Shown here piece by piece: positions 25,099 through 34,104 of a DNA stretch of 44,861 nucleotides. Numbering within the stretch: the first letter of the stretch is position 1; each line of letters begins with the position of its first letter. Position numbers and translations under genes: made by a program. The stretch is from positions 136,106 to 180,966 of the forward strand of contig JBBQBA010000002.1 of assembly GCA_038317055.1 (NCBI GenBank), written 5' to 3'. The DNA comes from Candidatus Saccharimonadales bacterium. GTDB taxonomy: Bacteria > Patescibacteriota > Saccharimonadia > Saccharimonadales > DATKHC01. The notes under the pieces are model-generated. The model was not told where the DNA came from and did not search any database. It was given only the letters and a program-made list of their open reading frames with translations.

Positions 25099-27298
25099 AG
25101 GTAAGTACATCGTAATAGAAGGTCCCGACAGCATAGGTAAAACCAATCAAATAACTTTGCTTGCAGAAAAACTTAAATCAGCAGGTTTACCTATAAAGAT
25201 TATTAAAGAGTCAGAAAACCAAAATAGCATATCCGCAAAAGCTATTAGCTCAATAATAAATAATCCGAATTATCCTATGAATAACAGAACTGAAGTTCTT
25301 TTATATAATGCCGCCAGGTCTCAATCTCTCGAATTAATTCGTAAAAGTGTAGCAAATGGGATTTATTGTATTTGTGATCAAAACTACTTAACAACTTTGG
25401 CTATTCAATATTATGGTCAAAATAATACATCAGACTATAACGTTATTAATCAGATAATCGATTTTGCGGTTGCTGGTGTCGAACCAGACCTTACGGTCGT
25501 TATGGATGCAGCGGTGAATATCATGATCGAAAATCACGAGATACAAAGTAGTAATAATTCAAACAATGTAAGTGAAGAGTATCTTGAAAAAGTTAGAGCA
25601 GGATATTTATGGGAAGCTAATCAACGTAGTTATCCGATAGTTTTTTCAACTCCAGATATAGAAACAGCTGCTAATGATATATGGAATTTAGTTACACCAG
25701 TAATAGCACGACGCGAACTTAGCAATATACTTGCAGTCGAACCAGCTTCAATTAAGGAAATAATTTCAGAAAAACTTAGCACTTTAGAAGCTACAAACGT
25801 AGTAGATATATTAGATGAAATAGAACCTGATGAACAAATAGGAAGTGTTACGTTATTATCTGACAAGATAAGCCCGATCACACGATCGGCTGCTATGGCG
25901 AGGTTAAGTCGGCTTGGTGAAGATTTTCGCACGCATATATTTAACGATAAATCAGGAAATATTGATAAAGACGAAAAACTACTTCAAGGACTCATTAATA
26001 CACTTGGAGACAATTCTATTAAAGAATCTGCTAGTCAACATATAATTATTGAAAACGCTAGTCATATGCTCGTAAAACTCATTGAAGCTAATCGATTCAC
26101 CACATATTACGAGCAACCTGTAAAGTATATTAATTACTCAGCTAAGGATGACCTCGATCATTATAAGTTCTATGTACCTAAGAATTTAAATTCTAATATT
26201 AAAAAAACATATACTTCGAAAATAAATGAAATATTTAAAATATATTCTGAAATGTTTCAAGAATTAACTAACTACATGAAAATAAATACTATGGTACCTA
26301 AATCAAAACAAAATCAAGAATTGCAAGATGTAATAAATAACAATGTTCGAATGTTATTGAGCTCAGTTTTACCAATTTCATGTAAAACAATTGTAGGAAT
26401 TTATGGTTCAACACAAGCAATCGAGTCTATTATCACAAACCTAAAAAGTAGCACACTAATAGAGGCAAATAACTGCGGTGACGAGATTTTAGCAAAAGTA
26501 CGAAAGAGTACTCCGGCATTCTATGAGCATTTAAATCTGACTAAAAAAAGTGAAGCTGAAATTGAATATAGAGTTTCTAACGACCAAAACATAAATGAGT
26601 TAGCTGAAATATATCTAAAGGATAGTTACGGTGTAACTGGTGAACCAGTTATTTTGACTGATTACTTTCCTAAAAATGAACTCGATTTAATTCCAGACAT
26701 GTTATATGAAAATAGCAGCCTTCCTTATAACGACATAAAAGTAGAAACCAATGAATGGTCATATAAGAAAAAAAGTGAAATATTTAACGCATATATGGGT
26801 GATCGAGTTAACTTACAGTTAATACCTGGTAGAGCAATAGAAAAGGCACATTATTCATTGGATATAGTTTGCGATTTTAGTGTATTTAAAGAGTTACAGA
26901 GGCACAGAATAGTTGAAAATCTGAATATACAGGAACTAACACCAAGATATGGTTATGAGACTCCAGACCTTATAGACGAAGCTGGACTAACAGATAAATA
27001 TCAAGAATGTTTCAGTATAAGTCTGGAACTGTTTAGTATCTTACAGGGAGCTGGCTATAACGAGGAAGCTCAGTATGCAACATTATTAGGTCATAAGCTT
27101 AGGTGGCAGCTTACATATAACGCTCGGGAGGCGTTTCATATACATGAGCTACATACAAATCCTCAAAGTAATCCTGAGACTCGAAAATTGGTTCAAAAAA
27201 TACATGAAAAACTTTTAGAAGTACACCCTTTAATTGGAGGTGCTATGAAATTCGTAAATCTAGAGGATATACCCACTCAACCAACTAGAATATATTAA
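25091..27298 (+). CDS. Fusion: thymidylate kinase N-domain plus a large ThyX-like (FAD-dependent thymidylate synthase family) region
   Basis: N-terminus IVIEGPDSIGKTNQ (Tmk P-loop). The distal region has FKELQRHRIVEN...ELTPRYGY and W..TYNAREAFH, resembling the ThyX RHR...RY and W..N.R motifs. An upstream half (AAMARLSRL ... ANRFTTYYEQPVKY) looks like a degenerate ThyX copy. Overlaps dcd by 8 nt. Confidence 0.7.
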   Translation: MSRGKYIVIEGPDSIGKTNQITLLAEKLKSAGLPIKIIKESENQNSISAKAISSIINNPNYPMNNRTEVLLYNAARSQSLELIRKSVANGIYCICDQNYLTTLAIQYYGQNNTSDYNVINQIIDFAVAGVEPDLTVVMDAAVNIMIENHEIQSSNNSNNVSEEYLEKVRAGYLWEANQRSYPIVFSTPDIETAANDIWNLVTPVIARRELSNILAVEPASIKEIISEKLSTLEATNVVDILDEIEPDEQIGSVTLLSDKISPITRSAAMARLSRLGEDFRTHIFNDKSGNIDKDEKLLQGLINTLGDNSIKESASQHIIIENASHMLVKLIEANRFTTYYEQPVKYINYSAKDDLDHYKFYVPKNLNSNIKKTYTSKINEIFKIYSEMFQELTNYMKINTMVPKSKQNQELQDVINNNVRMLLSSVLPISCKTIVGIYGSTQAIESIITNLKSSTLIEANNCGDEILAKVRKSTPAFYEHLNLTKKSEAEIEYRVSNDQNINELAEIYLKDSYGVTGEPVILTDYFPKNELDLIPDMLYENSSLPYNDIKVETNEWSYKKKSEIFNAYMGDRVNLQLIPGRAIEKAHYSLDIVCDFSVFKELQRHRIVENLNIQELTPRYGYETPDLIDEAGLTDKYQECFSISLELFSILQGAGYNEEAQYATLLGHKLRWQLTYNAREAFHIHELHTNPQSNPETRKLVQKIHEKLLEVHPLIGGAMKFVNLEDIPTQPTRIY

Positions 27299-27310
27299 TT
27301 AAATATAGGT

Positions 27311-27658
27311 TTACTCGTGAGTAAACAAGACTTTATGGTACTGGATAACGCCTGCGTATGTACGTAAGTCATACATTTCATTACCTCGACTTGCGACCAT
27401 ACCTATATAACTCAAAACACTCCAAGGAGGTACTACTAGACTACTTATAAGTTCTCTATGAGTTTTTATATTTAAAATATCCCAGAGTTTTTCTGTAAAT
27501 TCTTGACTGTGAATTAGTTCGTATTCCGGATCATCGATTTCAATATCATCTGCTAAAATCTTTTCTTCTAGGTGCTGAAGTGTCTCAACAAAATAATCCG
27601 CACCAAATTCTTCTTCTGGTGTAGTGTCGCGAATTCGTACTACTTCATGATATACCAT
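27311..27658 (-). CDS. Hypothetical acidic protein
   Basis: 115-aa ORF with no recognisable motif. Confidence 0.45.
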   Translation of the reverse strand: MVYHEVVRIRDTTPEEEFGADYFVETLQHLEEKILADDIEIDDPEYELIHSQEFTEKLWDILNIKTHRELISSLVVPPWSVLSYIGMVASRGNEMYDLRTYAGVIQYHKVLFTHE

Positions 27659-27727
27659 TTTTATATTCCCAAAGATTTATTAACAAATAGAATCATAACT
27701 CTTGCATAGAATAAATCAAGTACATTA

Positions 27728-27756
27728 TTGACGTTAAAGCCATTTTAAGATATACT
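27728..27756 (+). promoter_or_regulatory. Promoter of rplJL
   Basis: TTGACG, 17-nt spacer, TATACT, about 135 nt upstream of the rplJ ATG. Confidence 0.55.
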
Positions 27757-27769
27757 TACGAAGTTATTT

Positions 27770-27867
27770 ACCAAAGAAAGTAGCTGTCTCACAACGACTT
27801 AATTTGCTACCCAGGTGAAATCTCAATTCAAAATGAGTCTTTCGCTTTGGTAAAACCAAAGTTTTTT
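27770..27867 (+). promoter_or_regulatory. rplJ leader with terminator/antiterminator alternative (L10-leader-type attenuator)
   Basis: Terminator: CTTTGGT (27845-51), AAA loop, ACCAAAG (27855-61), then T6 (27862-67). The upstream ACCAAAGAAAG (27770-80) can pair instead with CTTTcgCTTTGGT (27839-51). Confidence 0.5.
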
Positions 27868-27890
27868 AATTTAAAGGTGTGGAAATATAT

Positions 27891-28418
27891 ATGGCATTAT
27901 TACGAGAAAAAAAGAATCAGATAGTTGACGAAATCAGTCAGTCTATTGTTGATTCTAAAATGACTGTAATAGCTGAGTATGAAGGTACTCCAGTTAAAGC
28001 ACTTCAAAGTTTACGTAGGGAAGCCCGAGATAGCGGAACAACTATTAAGGTTATAAAAAACCGATTAGTTATAAAGGCTCTTCAAAGCAATCCAGACTTC
28101 AAAGCTATTGATACTAAATTCATAAACGGAATGCTCCTATATGTATTTAATAAAGACGACGAAGTTGCTGGAGCACAAGCTATTGCTAGATTCGCTAAAG
28201 CTCAACCTACTTTAAAGATTATTGGTGCAATCACAAATAATGGAGAATTCGTTAGTGAGCAGGATGCAAATGCAATCGCCCTATTACCAACCAAGGAACA
28301 ATTAAGAGGCCAACTTGTTGGCGTACTTGCAGCTCCATTAACAGGTTTTGTTGGGGTGATGTCAGCCAATTTAAGAAGTGTATTTAACGTTCTTAACGCA
28401 AGAGCAGATAGTATTTAG
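27891..28418 (+). CDS. rplJ: 50S ribosomal protein L10
   Basis: MALLREKKNQIVDEI...TVIAEYEGTPVKALQSLRREAR is canonical L10. ATG 27891 with AAGGTG upstream is preferred over GTG 27879. Confidence 0.9.
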   Translation: MALLREKKNQIVDEISQSIVDSKMTVIAEYEGTPVKALQSLRREARDSGTTIKVIKNRLVIKALQSNPDFKAIDTKFINGMLLYVFNKDDEVAGAQAIARFAKAQPTLKIIGAITNNGEFVSEQDANAIALLPTKEQLRGQLVGVLAAPLTGFVGVMSANLRSVFNVLNARADSI

Positions 28419-28460
28419 TTAATTATTAATAAATTAGTCTTTTAAGAAGGAGATAAAATC

Positions 28461-28871
28461 ATGGCAGAAGAAAATAAGAAAGTAGAAGTACCAAAAGAAT
28501 TTGAGAAGCTAGTAGAGCTACTTGATAAAATGAGCGCTTTAGAAATTAGTAAATTTGTTAGTTTTCTAGAAGAATACTGGAATGTTAGCGCAGCAGCTCC
28601 AGCTGTAGCAATTGCTGCACCAGCAGGTGGTGGTGATGCAGCTCCAGCAGCTGAAGAGAAATCAGAGTTCGATGTTGTACTTAAAGATGCCGGAGCTCAA
28701 AAGGTTGCTGTTATTAAAGCAGTAAAGGACATTACACAGCTTGGACTTGGTGAAGCTAAAGCATTAGTTGATGGTGCTCCTAAAACAATCCTAGAAAAAG
28801 CTAAAACTGAAGACGCAAACGCCGCTAAAAAGACATTAGAAGACGCTGGCGCGACTGTCGAATTAGCTTAA
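28461..28871 (+). CDS. rplL: 50S ribosomal protein L7/L12
   Basis: Ala-rich hinge plus C-terminal [34 protein letters not shown] upstream. Confidence 0.95.
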   Translation: MAEENKKVEVPKEFEKLVELLDKMSALEISKFVSFLEEYWNVSAAAPAVAIAAPAGGGDAAPAAEEKSEFDVVLKDAGAQKVAVIKAVKDITQLGLGEAKALVDGAPKTILEKAKTEDANAAKKTLEDAGATVELA

Positions 28872-29036
28872 TTAACTCCTTAGTGCTCATTAGTTATACA
28901 CAGTAGCAGTTGTTTTTAATAACTACTTTATCCACAAATGGATATTGATATTTTGACTTACATAATACTTCATGATACGGTTGGAGACAGAAAGTGTACT
29001 AAATAAACACTTATCGAAGAGATATAGAGACAAAAT

Positions 29037-29549
29037 ATGGCAGATTTACCTGACAAACAAATAAAACGTCTTCGTGCGTTGATCGCGGAAGCTGAGACTA
29101 GTTTAGCTGCAGCTAAAGAACTACTCGTTAGTTTAGTTGGTGATGACAAAGATGTTGCAGCAATTGCGACCGATGAACCTTTAGGTAAGATTATAGAAGG
29201 CGTATTTGATGGACAGAACATGATTGGTTCGGACGGGAAGATATACCCAGTTCCAGCAAACTATGCCAGCAAGTCAAAGTTAGTCCAGGGTGACATATTG
29301 AAGTTAACTATAGCTGACGATGGTGCATTTATGTACAAACAGATAGGACCTATACCCAGAAAACAAGTAGTAGGTAGTCTAAGGTTAGAGAACGGTCACT
29401 ATTTTGTTGACGTTGGTGATAAAGCATACCGTATCCTACTTGCTAGTGTTACTTACTTTAAGGCTAAGCCTGGCGACCAAGTAAGCGTAAACATCCCAGA
29501 AGACCCTTCAGCTAATATAGAGTGGGCAGCACTAGAAGCTGCTCTATAA
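29037..29549 (+). CDS. Hypothetical protein (coiled N-terminus, beta-rich C-terminal region)
   Basis: 170-aa ORF occupying the position where rpoB usually follows rplL. No family recognised. Confidence 0.55.
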   Translation: MADLPDKQIKRLRALIAEAETSLAAAKELLVSLVGDDKDVAAIATDEPLGKIIEGVFDGQNMIGSDGKIYPVPANYASKSKLVQGDILKLTIADDGAFMYKQIGPIPRKQVVGSLRLENGHYFVDVGDKAYRILLASVTYFKAKPGDQVSVNIPEDPSANIEWAALEAAL

Positions 29550-29647
29550 TTACTTCTAAAGTACTGTATCTATAAATAATTATTATTTGAATTTAGGTAT
29601 TATCACAACAGATATCTCTAGCCAAAAGAGTTATAATATTGTTATAC

Positions 29648-31141
29648 ATGGGGCAAGCTTTATATCGTAAATATCGACCTAAGAAACTATCCGAAATAGT
29701 CGGTGAAGAGCATATTACTTCAACCCTAACCAATGCGCTAGCTAATGACCAAATTAGTCATGCATATTTGTTTACAGGACCTAGAGGAGTTGGTAAAACA
29801 TCTGTGGCTAGAATACTTGCTCATGAAATTAATAAGTTTGACTACTCTGATGGCCAAGAATATCTAGATATAATTGAAATAGATGCTGCTAGTAACAGAC
29901 GTATAGATGAAATAAGACAACTACGTGATCGTGTAAATATCGCACCCACATCTGGTAAATATAAGGTTTATATAATCGATGAGGTCCACATGTTAACTCG
30001 CGAGGCTTTTAATGCTCTACTTAAAACGCTAGAAGAACCTCCAGCTCACGCTATTTTTATACTTGCAACAACGGAAGCTTATAAAGTACCCGATACTATT
30101 GTAAGTAGAACTCAACAATTTAATTTTAGGCCAATATCAGTTGGTCAATTAATTGGGCAGCTTAAAGATATAGCTAAAAAAGAAAATATTGTAATTGACG
30201 ACAAAGCACTAGATATAATCGCAGATTATGGTCAAGGAAGTTTTAGAGACAGTATTAGCCTACTAGATCAAGCTAGTAGTATAAGTAATAAAGTTACAGA
30301 TGAAGATATAATTTCGCTTCTTGGGATGGCTCCATCAAAAATTATAGAGAATATAATCAAAGCATTAGAATACGGTTCTATTAATGATCTTACTGATGTG
30401 TTAAAGCTAGTTGATGAGAATGGTTATAATATTACAGTTCTATGTAAGCAATTATTAACTAAACTTAAATCAGAGCTTACCGAGGGTCAAACAAACCTAG
30501 AATCAATTAATATTCTTAATTTAATGAAAAGTATAGTAGACGTACCTTCGAGTAGTGATTCTTCAACATCGTTGGAAATCATATTAATGGAAGCAGTGCT
30601 TAAACGAAAAATAATTGCACCAGTAAATGTACTTGAACCACCTAATATATCAGAACCAACAGTATTGGAAGAAGAATTACAAATAATTGACGAGATAAAA
30701 CCCATAACTGAAGTAGTAGAAGTACAAACATTACCTGAACCAAAAGAAAAAGTAATCAAAAATGTTAAAACAAAAAAAAGAATACCCGGTAATAAAGAAT
30801 TTAATGAAGAGCTGTGGCAGGATTTACTAGACGCTATAAAAATTAAATATAACACTTTATATGGAATTATGAGGATGGCTATTCCAACCTTTAAGTCTAA
30901 TAGGCTAGTATTAACTACAAAATTTGATTTTCATAAACGACTTTTGAATGACACAAAAAATCAAGCTATTATGATTGAATTAATTAAAGAACTAACCGGA
31001 AATATCATAGAAATTCAGGCAGTTCATGATAAAAACATTGAAATTGAGAACAGGGAAGAAAGAACTAAAGATTTGATAGAAAATAACGAATCTATAACTA
31101 CCATAAACAATATTTTTGGAAGCTCTGAGGTGGTAGAGTAA
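29648..31141 (+). CDS. dnaX: DNA polymerase III subunit gamma/tau
   Basis: LYRKYRPKKLSEIVGEEH, GPRGVGKTS and IIDEVHMLT (AAA+ clamp-loader motifs). ATG 29648 preferred. Confidence 0.9.
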   Translation: MGQALYRKYRPKKLSEIVGEEHITSTLTNALANDQISHAYLFTGPRGVGKTSVARILAHEINKFDYSDGQEYLDIIEIDAASNRRIDEIRQLRDRVNIAPTSGKYKVYIIDEVHMLTREAFNALLKTLEEPPAHAIFILATTEAYKVPDTIVSRTQQFNFRPISVGQLIGQLKDIAKKENIVIDDKALDIIADYGQGSFRDSISLLDQASSISNKVTDEDIISLLGMAPSKIIENIIKALEYGSINDLTDVLKLVDENGYNITVLCKQLLTKLKSELTEGQTNLESINILNLMKSIVDVPSSSDSSTSLEIILMEAVLKRKIIAPVNVLEPPNISEPTVLEEELQIIDEIKPITEVVEVQTLPEPKEKVIKNVKTKKRIPGNKEFNEELWQDLLDAIKIKYNTLYGIMRMAIPTFKSNRLVLTTKFDFHKRLLNDTKNQAIMIELIKELTGNIIEIQAVHDKNIEIENREERTKDLIENNESITTINNIFGSSEVVE

Positions 31142-31145
31142 TATT

Positions 31146-32510
31146 ATGGAGCCAGGGTCTAACAGAACTATTCCACCGCAAAGTACGGATGCAGAAGCAT
31201 CTCTACTGGGTGCTATTCTTATAGATAGTGACGCTATTGTAAAAGTTGCAGATATTGTAACTTATGATGATTTTTATGATGAAAAACATAGACGAATATT
31301 CGAAGCTGTAGTAACTTTGTATGAACAACATAGTCCAATTGACGTACTAACCTTATCTAATAAACTAACAGAGATGGGGTTTATCGAATTTGTCGGAGGA
31401 GCATCTTATCTTACCGAACTTACAAACTATGTACCCACCGCTTCTCACGTTAATCAGTATGCTGACATTGTTGCCCAAAAAGCATTACGTCGTAGGTTAA
31501 TTAAAGCCTCTCAGGATATTGTAGGACTTGGCTTTGACGAAACAATTGGACTTCAAGGTTTAATTGAAAATGCAGAAATTAAAATTTTTGAAGTAAGTCA
31601 AAAACATGTAAAGCAAGATATTACTAGCCTAGAAAATATATTGACGGAAAGTTTTGATAGATTGGACGAACTGCATAAAGACAAAGGCAAGCTTCGAGGA
31701 GTACCAACAGGTTATAAAGATCTAGATCGAATACTAGCTGGACTACAAAATTCAGACCTTATGGTACTAGCTGCACGTCCTTCAATGGGTAAAACTGCAT
31801 TAGCTCTAAATCTTGCACATAATATAGCCCTAGAATCAAAGGTACCTGTCTTAATATTTAGTTTAGAAATGAGCAAAGAACAACTAGTTGATAGAATGCT
31901 GGCTATGTCTTCAGGGGTTGATGCTTGGGCACTTAGAACAGGTAATCTAACAGATCGAGACTTTGAGAAGATAGGTCATGCAATGGGTACTCTAAGTGAA
32001 GCGGAAATTTTTATAGACGACACACCTAGTATTACTGTGAGTGAACTTAGAACTAAAGCACGGCGCCAATCGCACACCAAAAAAACGGGGTTGATAATTG
32101 TAGATTATTTACAGTTAATGAGTGGGACACAGAGGCCAGGTGGAGGAGAAGGAAACAGAGTTCAAGAAATATCAGAAATATCCCGAGGGCTAAAAGGTGT
32201 AGCAAGAGAATTAAATGTTCCTGTTCTAGCTTTAAGTCAGTTAAGTCGATCTGTTGAAAGTCGAAGTCCTCAAATTCCACAACTCGCAGACTTACGTGAA
32301 TCAGGCTCGATTGAACAGGATAGTGATGTAGTGGCATTCATATATAGAGAAGACTACTATAATGCAGAAACAGACCGTAAAAACATTGCGGACATACTTA
32401 TAAAGAAACACAGAAACGGACCAACAGGTAACATTGAGCTTTATTTTGATAGAGACAAACAGAGATTTAGGAGTGTCGATACAAAACATAATAACGATGC
32501 TTTTGAGTAA
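31146..32510 (+). CDS. dnaB: Replicative DNA helicase DnaB
   Basis: PPQSTDAEASLLGAIL, GYKDLD, ARPSMGKTALALN, IVDYLQLM and LSQLSR motifs. Confidence 0.95.
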   Translation: MEPGSNRTIPPQSTDAEASLLGAILIDSDAIVKVADIVTYDDFYDEKHRRIFEAVVTLYEQHSPIDVLTLSNKLTEMGFIEFVGGASYLTELTNYVPTASHVNQYADIVAQKALRRRLIKASQDIVGLGFDETIGLQGLIENAEIKIFEVSQKHVKQDITSLENILTESFDRLDELHKDKGKLRGVPTGYKDLDRILAGLQNSDLMVLAARPSMGKTALALNLAHNIALESKVPVLIFSLEMSKEQLVDRMLAMSSGVDAWALRTGNLTDRDFEKIGHAMGTLSEAEIFIDDTPSITVSELRTKARRQSHTKKTGLIIVDYLQLMSGTQRPGGGEGNRVQEISEISRGLKGVARELNVPVLALSQLSRSVESRSPQIPQLADLRESGSIEQDSDVVAFIYREDYYNAETDRKNIADILIKKHRNGPTGNIELYFDRDKQRFRSVDTKHNNDAFE

Positions 32511-32547
32511 GTCTACACAAGTTCTAATGCTATAATTACTATTAAGA

Positions 32548-33744
32548 ATGAGTAAAATATATAAGTGGGTAACAAACTATTGGGTTTTTAATGTTTCATT
32601 AGCCATATCTTTGCCTGCACTTATAGGTTTAATATGGTATAGGTTAGTGTCTATACCGAAAGGTTATAGCCCGTTTGAATGGAATATACACAATAATCTA
32701 GCTATTCATACTTACACTTTGTCATATTTGTGGAATCATGTAATTTTTGCTCCATATTATTTAGTTTTAACAGTGCCTCAATACCTTAATCGTTATGGAC
32801 TTTTTTCAATACGTAGTGTAGGTGCCTTTATTGGACTTCTATGTGTTGCGATCTTCTTTTATATTTCTTGGAGATGGTGGGGAACTCTAATTGCTGTCCT
32901 TGGTACTTTATTATTCACTACCAGTTTATGGTTCTTACAATTATCTAGAAACAGTGGACCAGTGATTTTATATTTATTTGCGGCACTTGTAATAATTTTA
33001 CTTGGATTTGTTGTTAGAAATAAAAAACGACATGAAACCAAAACATTACTCTCTGCCTTGCTTGCTCTTACTTTGTTATATATTCCTGGAATTATTTGGT
33101 TTATAATTGCAGCCTGCATCTTACAGCGTAAATTAATCATAGAAGAATTTAAGAAGTTACCAACTCAAGTAAAGATTATAATACCTTTAGCTGGATTAAT
33201 ATTCCTACTTCCACTTCTACATGCAAGCTATAGTAGCGTCAATGAATTTAAAACTATAATTGGTTTGCCTATACATTTTTCTTTTATTATATTTTTAAAA
33301 AATCTATACGAATGGCCGTTAATAATATTCTTAAGAGATAATTCTATGAGTGCATTTTCTTTAGGACATCTACCAATACTGAGTGTATTTATAGATATAA
33401 TGTTCGTTTTAGGTTTGTACTGGATTTGGCTTAAACGAAAACTTGATAGATTCTATCTACTAGGTGCAACTATTATCATATCTTGGATACTTTATGCCCT
33501 AGGTGGACCAGTTTCAATATATCTCGCAGTCCCATTCATTATGTGTATCGCAATAACAGGAATGGCTTTCATGATAAGTCAGTGGTTTACGATCTTTCCT
33601 AGAAATCCCCTAGCAAGAACTACCGGAATGGTTGTACTCATAGTTGCTGTCGCCGTTGTATGTTGGTTCCATGTTAATGAATACTTTGTTGCGTGGCCAA
33701 ATACTTTAAATACAATATCGATTTACTCTACTCATAAGGGATAA
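32548..33744 (+). CDS. Polytopic membrane protein (possibly a GT-C/ArnT-like glycosyltransferase)
   Basis: 398 aa with about 10 hydrophobic helices. The functional guess rests on topology and size only. Confidence 0.5.
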   Translation: MSKIYKWVTNYWVFNVSLAISLPALIGLIWYRLVSIPKGYSPFEWNIHNNLAIHTYTLSYLWNHVIFAPYYLVLTVPQYLNRYGLFSIRSVGAFIGLLCVAIFFYISWRWWGTLIAVLGTLLFTTSLWFLQLSRNSGPVILYLFAALVIILLGFVVRNKKRHETKTLLSALLALTLLYIPGIIWFIIAACILQRKLIIEEFKKLPTQVKIIIPLAGLIFLLPLLHASYSSVNEFKTIIGLPIHFSFIIFLKNLYEWPLIIFLRDNSMSAFSLGHLPILSVFIDIMFVLGLYWIWLKRKLDRFYLLGATIIISWILYALGGPVSIYLAVPFIMCIAITGMAFMISQWFTIFPRNPLARTTGMVVLIVAVAVVCWFHVNEYFVAWPNTLNTISIYSTHKG

Positions 33745-33785
33745 TCTGATAAAATACTAAGTAGCAAGTAACGAAAGGGCATATT

Positions 33786-34079
33786 ATGGGCCGAGTTGAT
33801 CAAGCAAAGACTTTATTAAAAGCAAAGAAATTACAAAAAGAATTAAAAAATGCTCTAATTACTGTAGAAAAAGGTGATGGTGCGGTTAAGGTTGAGATTA
33901 CCGGAGAACAAAAGATAAAAAAAATACATATCGATCCTGAATTCGTTGATCTGGACGATATAACTCAACTGGAACGTTGGGTTGAAGATGCAGTTAAGGA
34001 AGCTATTCAGGAAAGCCAGAAACTGGCTCAAGAGAAAATGCAACCTATGTTAGGTGTACTCAGCCAATTAGGTTTATAA
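33786..34079 (+). CDS. ybaB: YbaB/EbfC family nucleoid-associated protein
   Basis: 97 aa. KLQKELKN...VEKGDGAVKVEITGEQKIKKIHIDPE is the YbaB pattern. Confidence 0.85.
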   Translation: MGRVDQAKTLLKAKKLQKELKNALITVEKGDGAVKVEITGEQKIKKIHIDPEFVDLDDITQLERWVEDAVKEAIQESQKLAQEKMQPMLGVLSQLGL

Positions 34080-34104
34080 GATTAATGATAAATAAAGGAT
34101 AAAT

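Noticed and set aside
25630-25932. Antisense or shadow ORFs inside long genes. Examples: 25630-25932, 30487-30855, 32053-32489, 32859-33140, 34715-35026, 35457-35672, 35890-36144, 36898-37098, 37337-37552, 37841-38083, 41144-41358, 19414-19798, 21220-21414, 24793-24984, 28970-29221, 33855-34043, 18630-18827, 17401-17598, 15998-16195, 15592-15774, 12679-12870, 12074-12346, 10340-10558, 10896-11228, 8597-8809, 7842-8027, 5946-6170, 5083-5283 and 1926-2117
   Set aside because: Each lies wholly or largely within a longer ORF on the other strand or frame that has recognisable family motifs or better start signals. Their compositions are typical of out-of-frame readings of AT-rich coding DNA.
28928-28936. 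Replication origin signalled by a perfect DnaA box TTATCCACA
   Set aside because: It is a single box. I saw no cluster of boxes or AT-rich unwinding repeats, and one perfect 9-mer in 45 kb of AT-rich sequence on two strands is not improbable.
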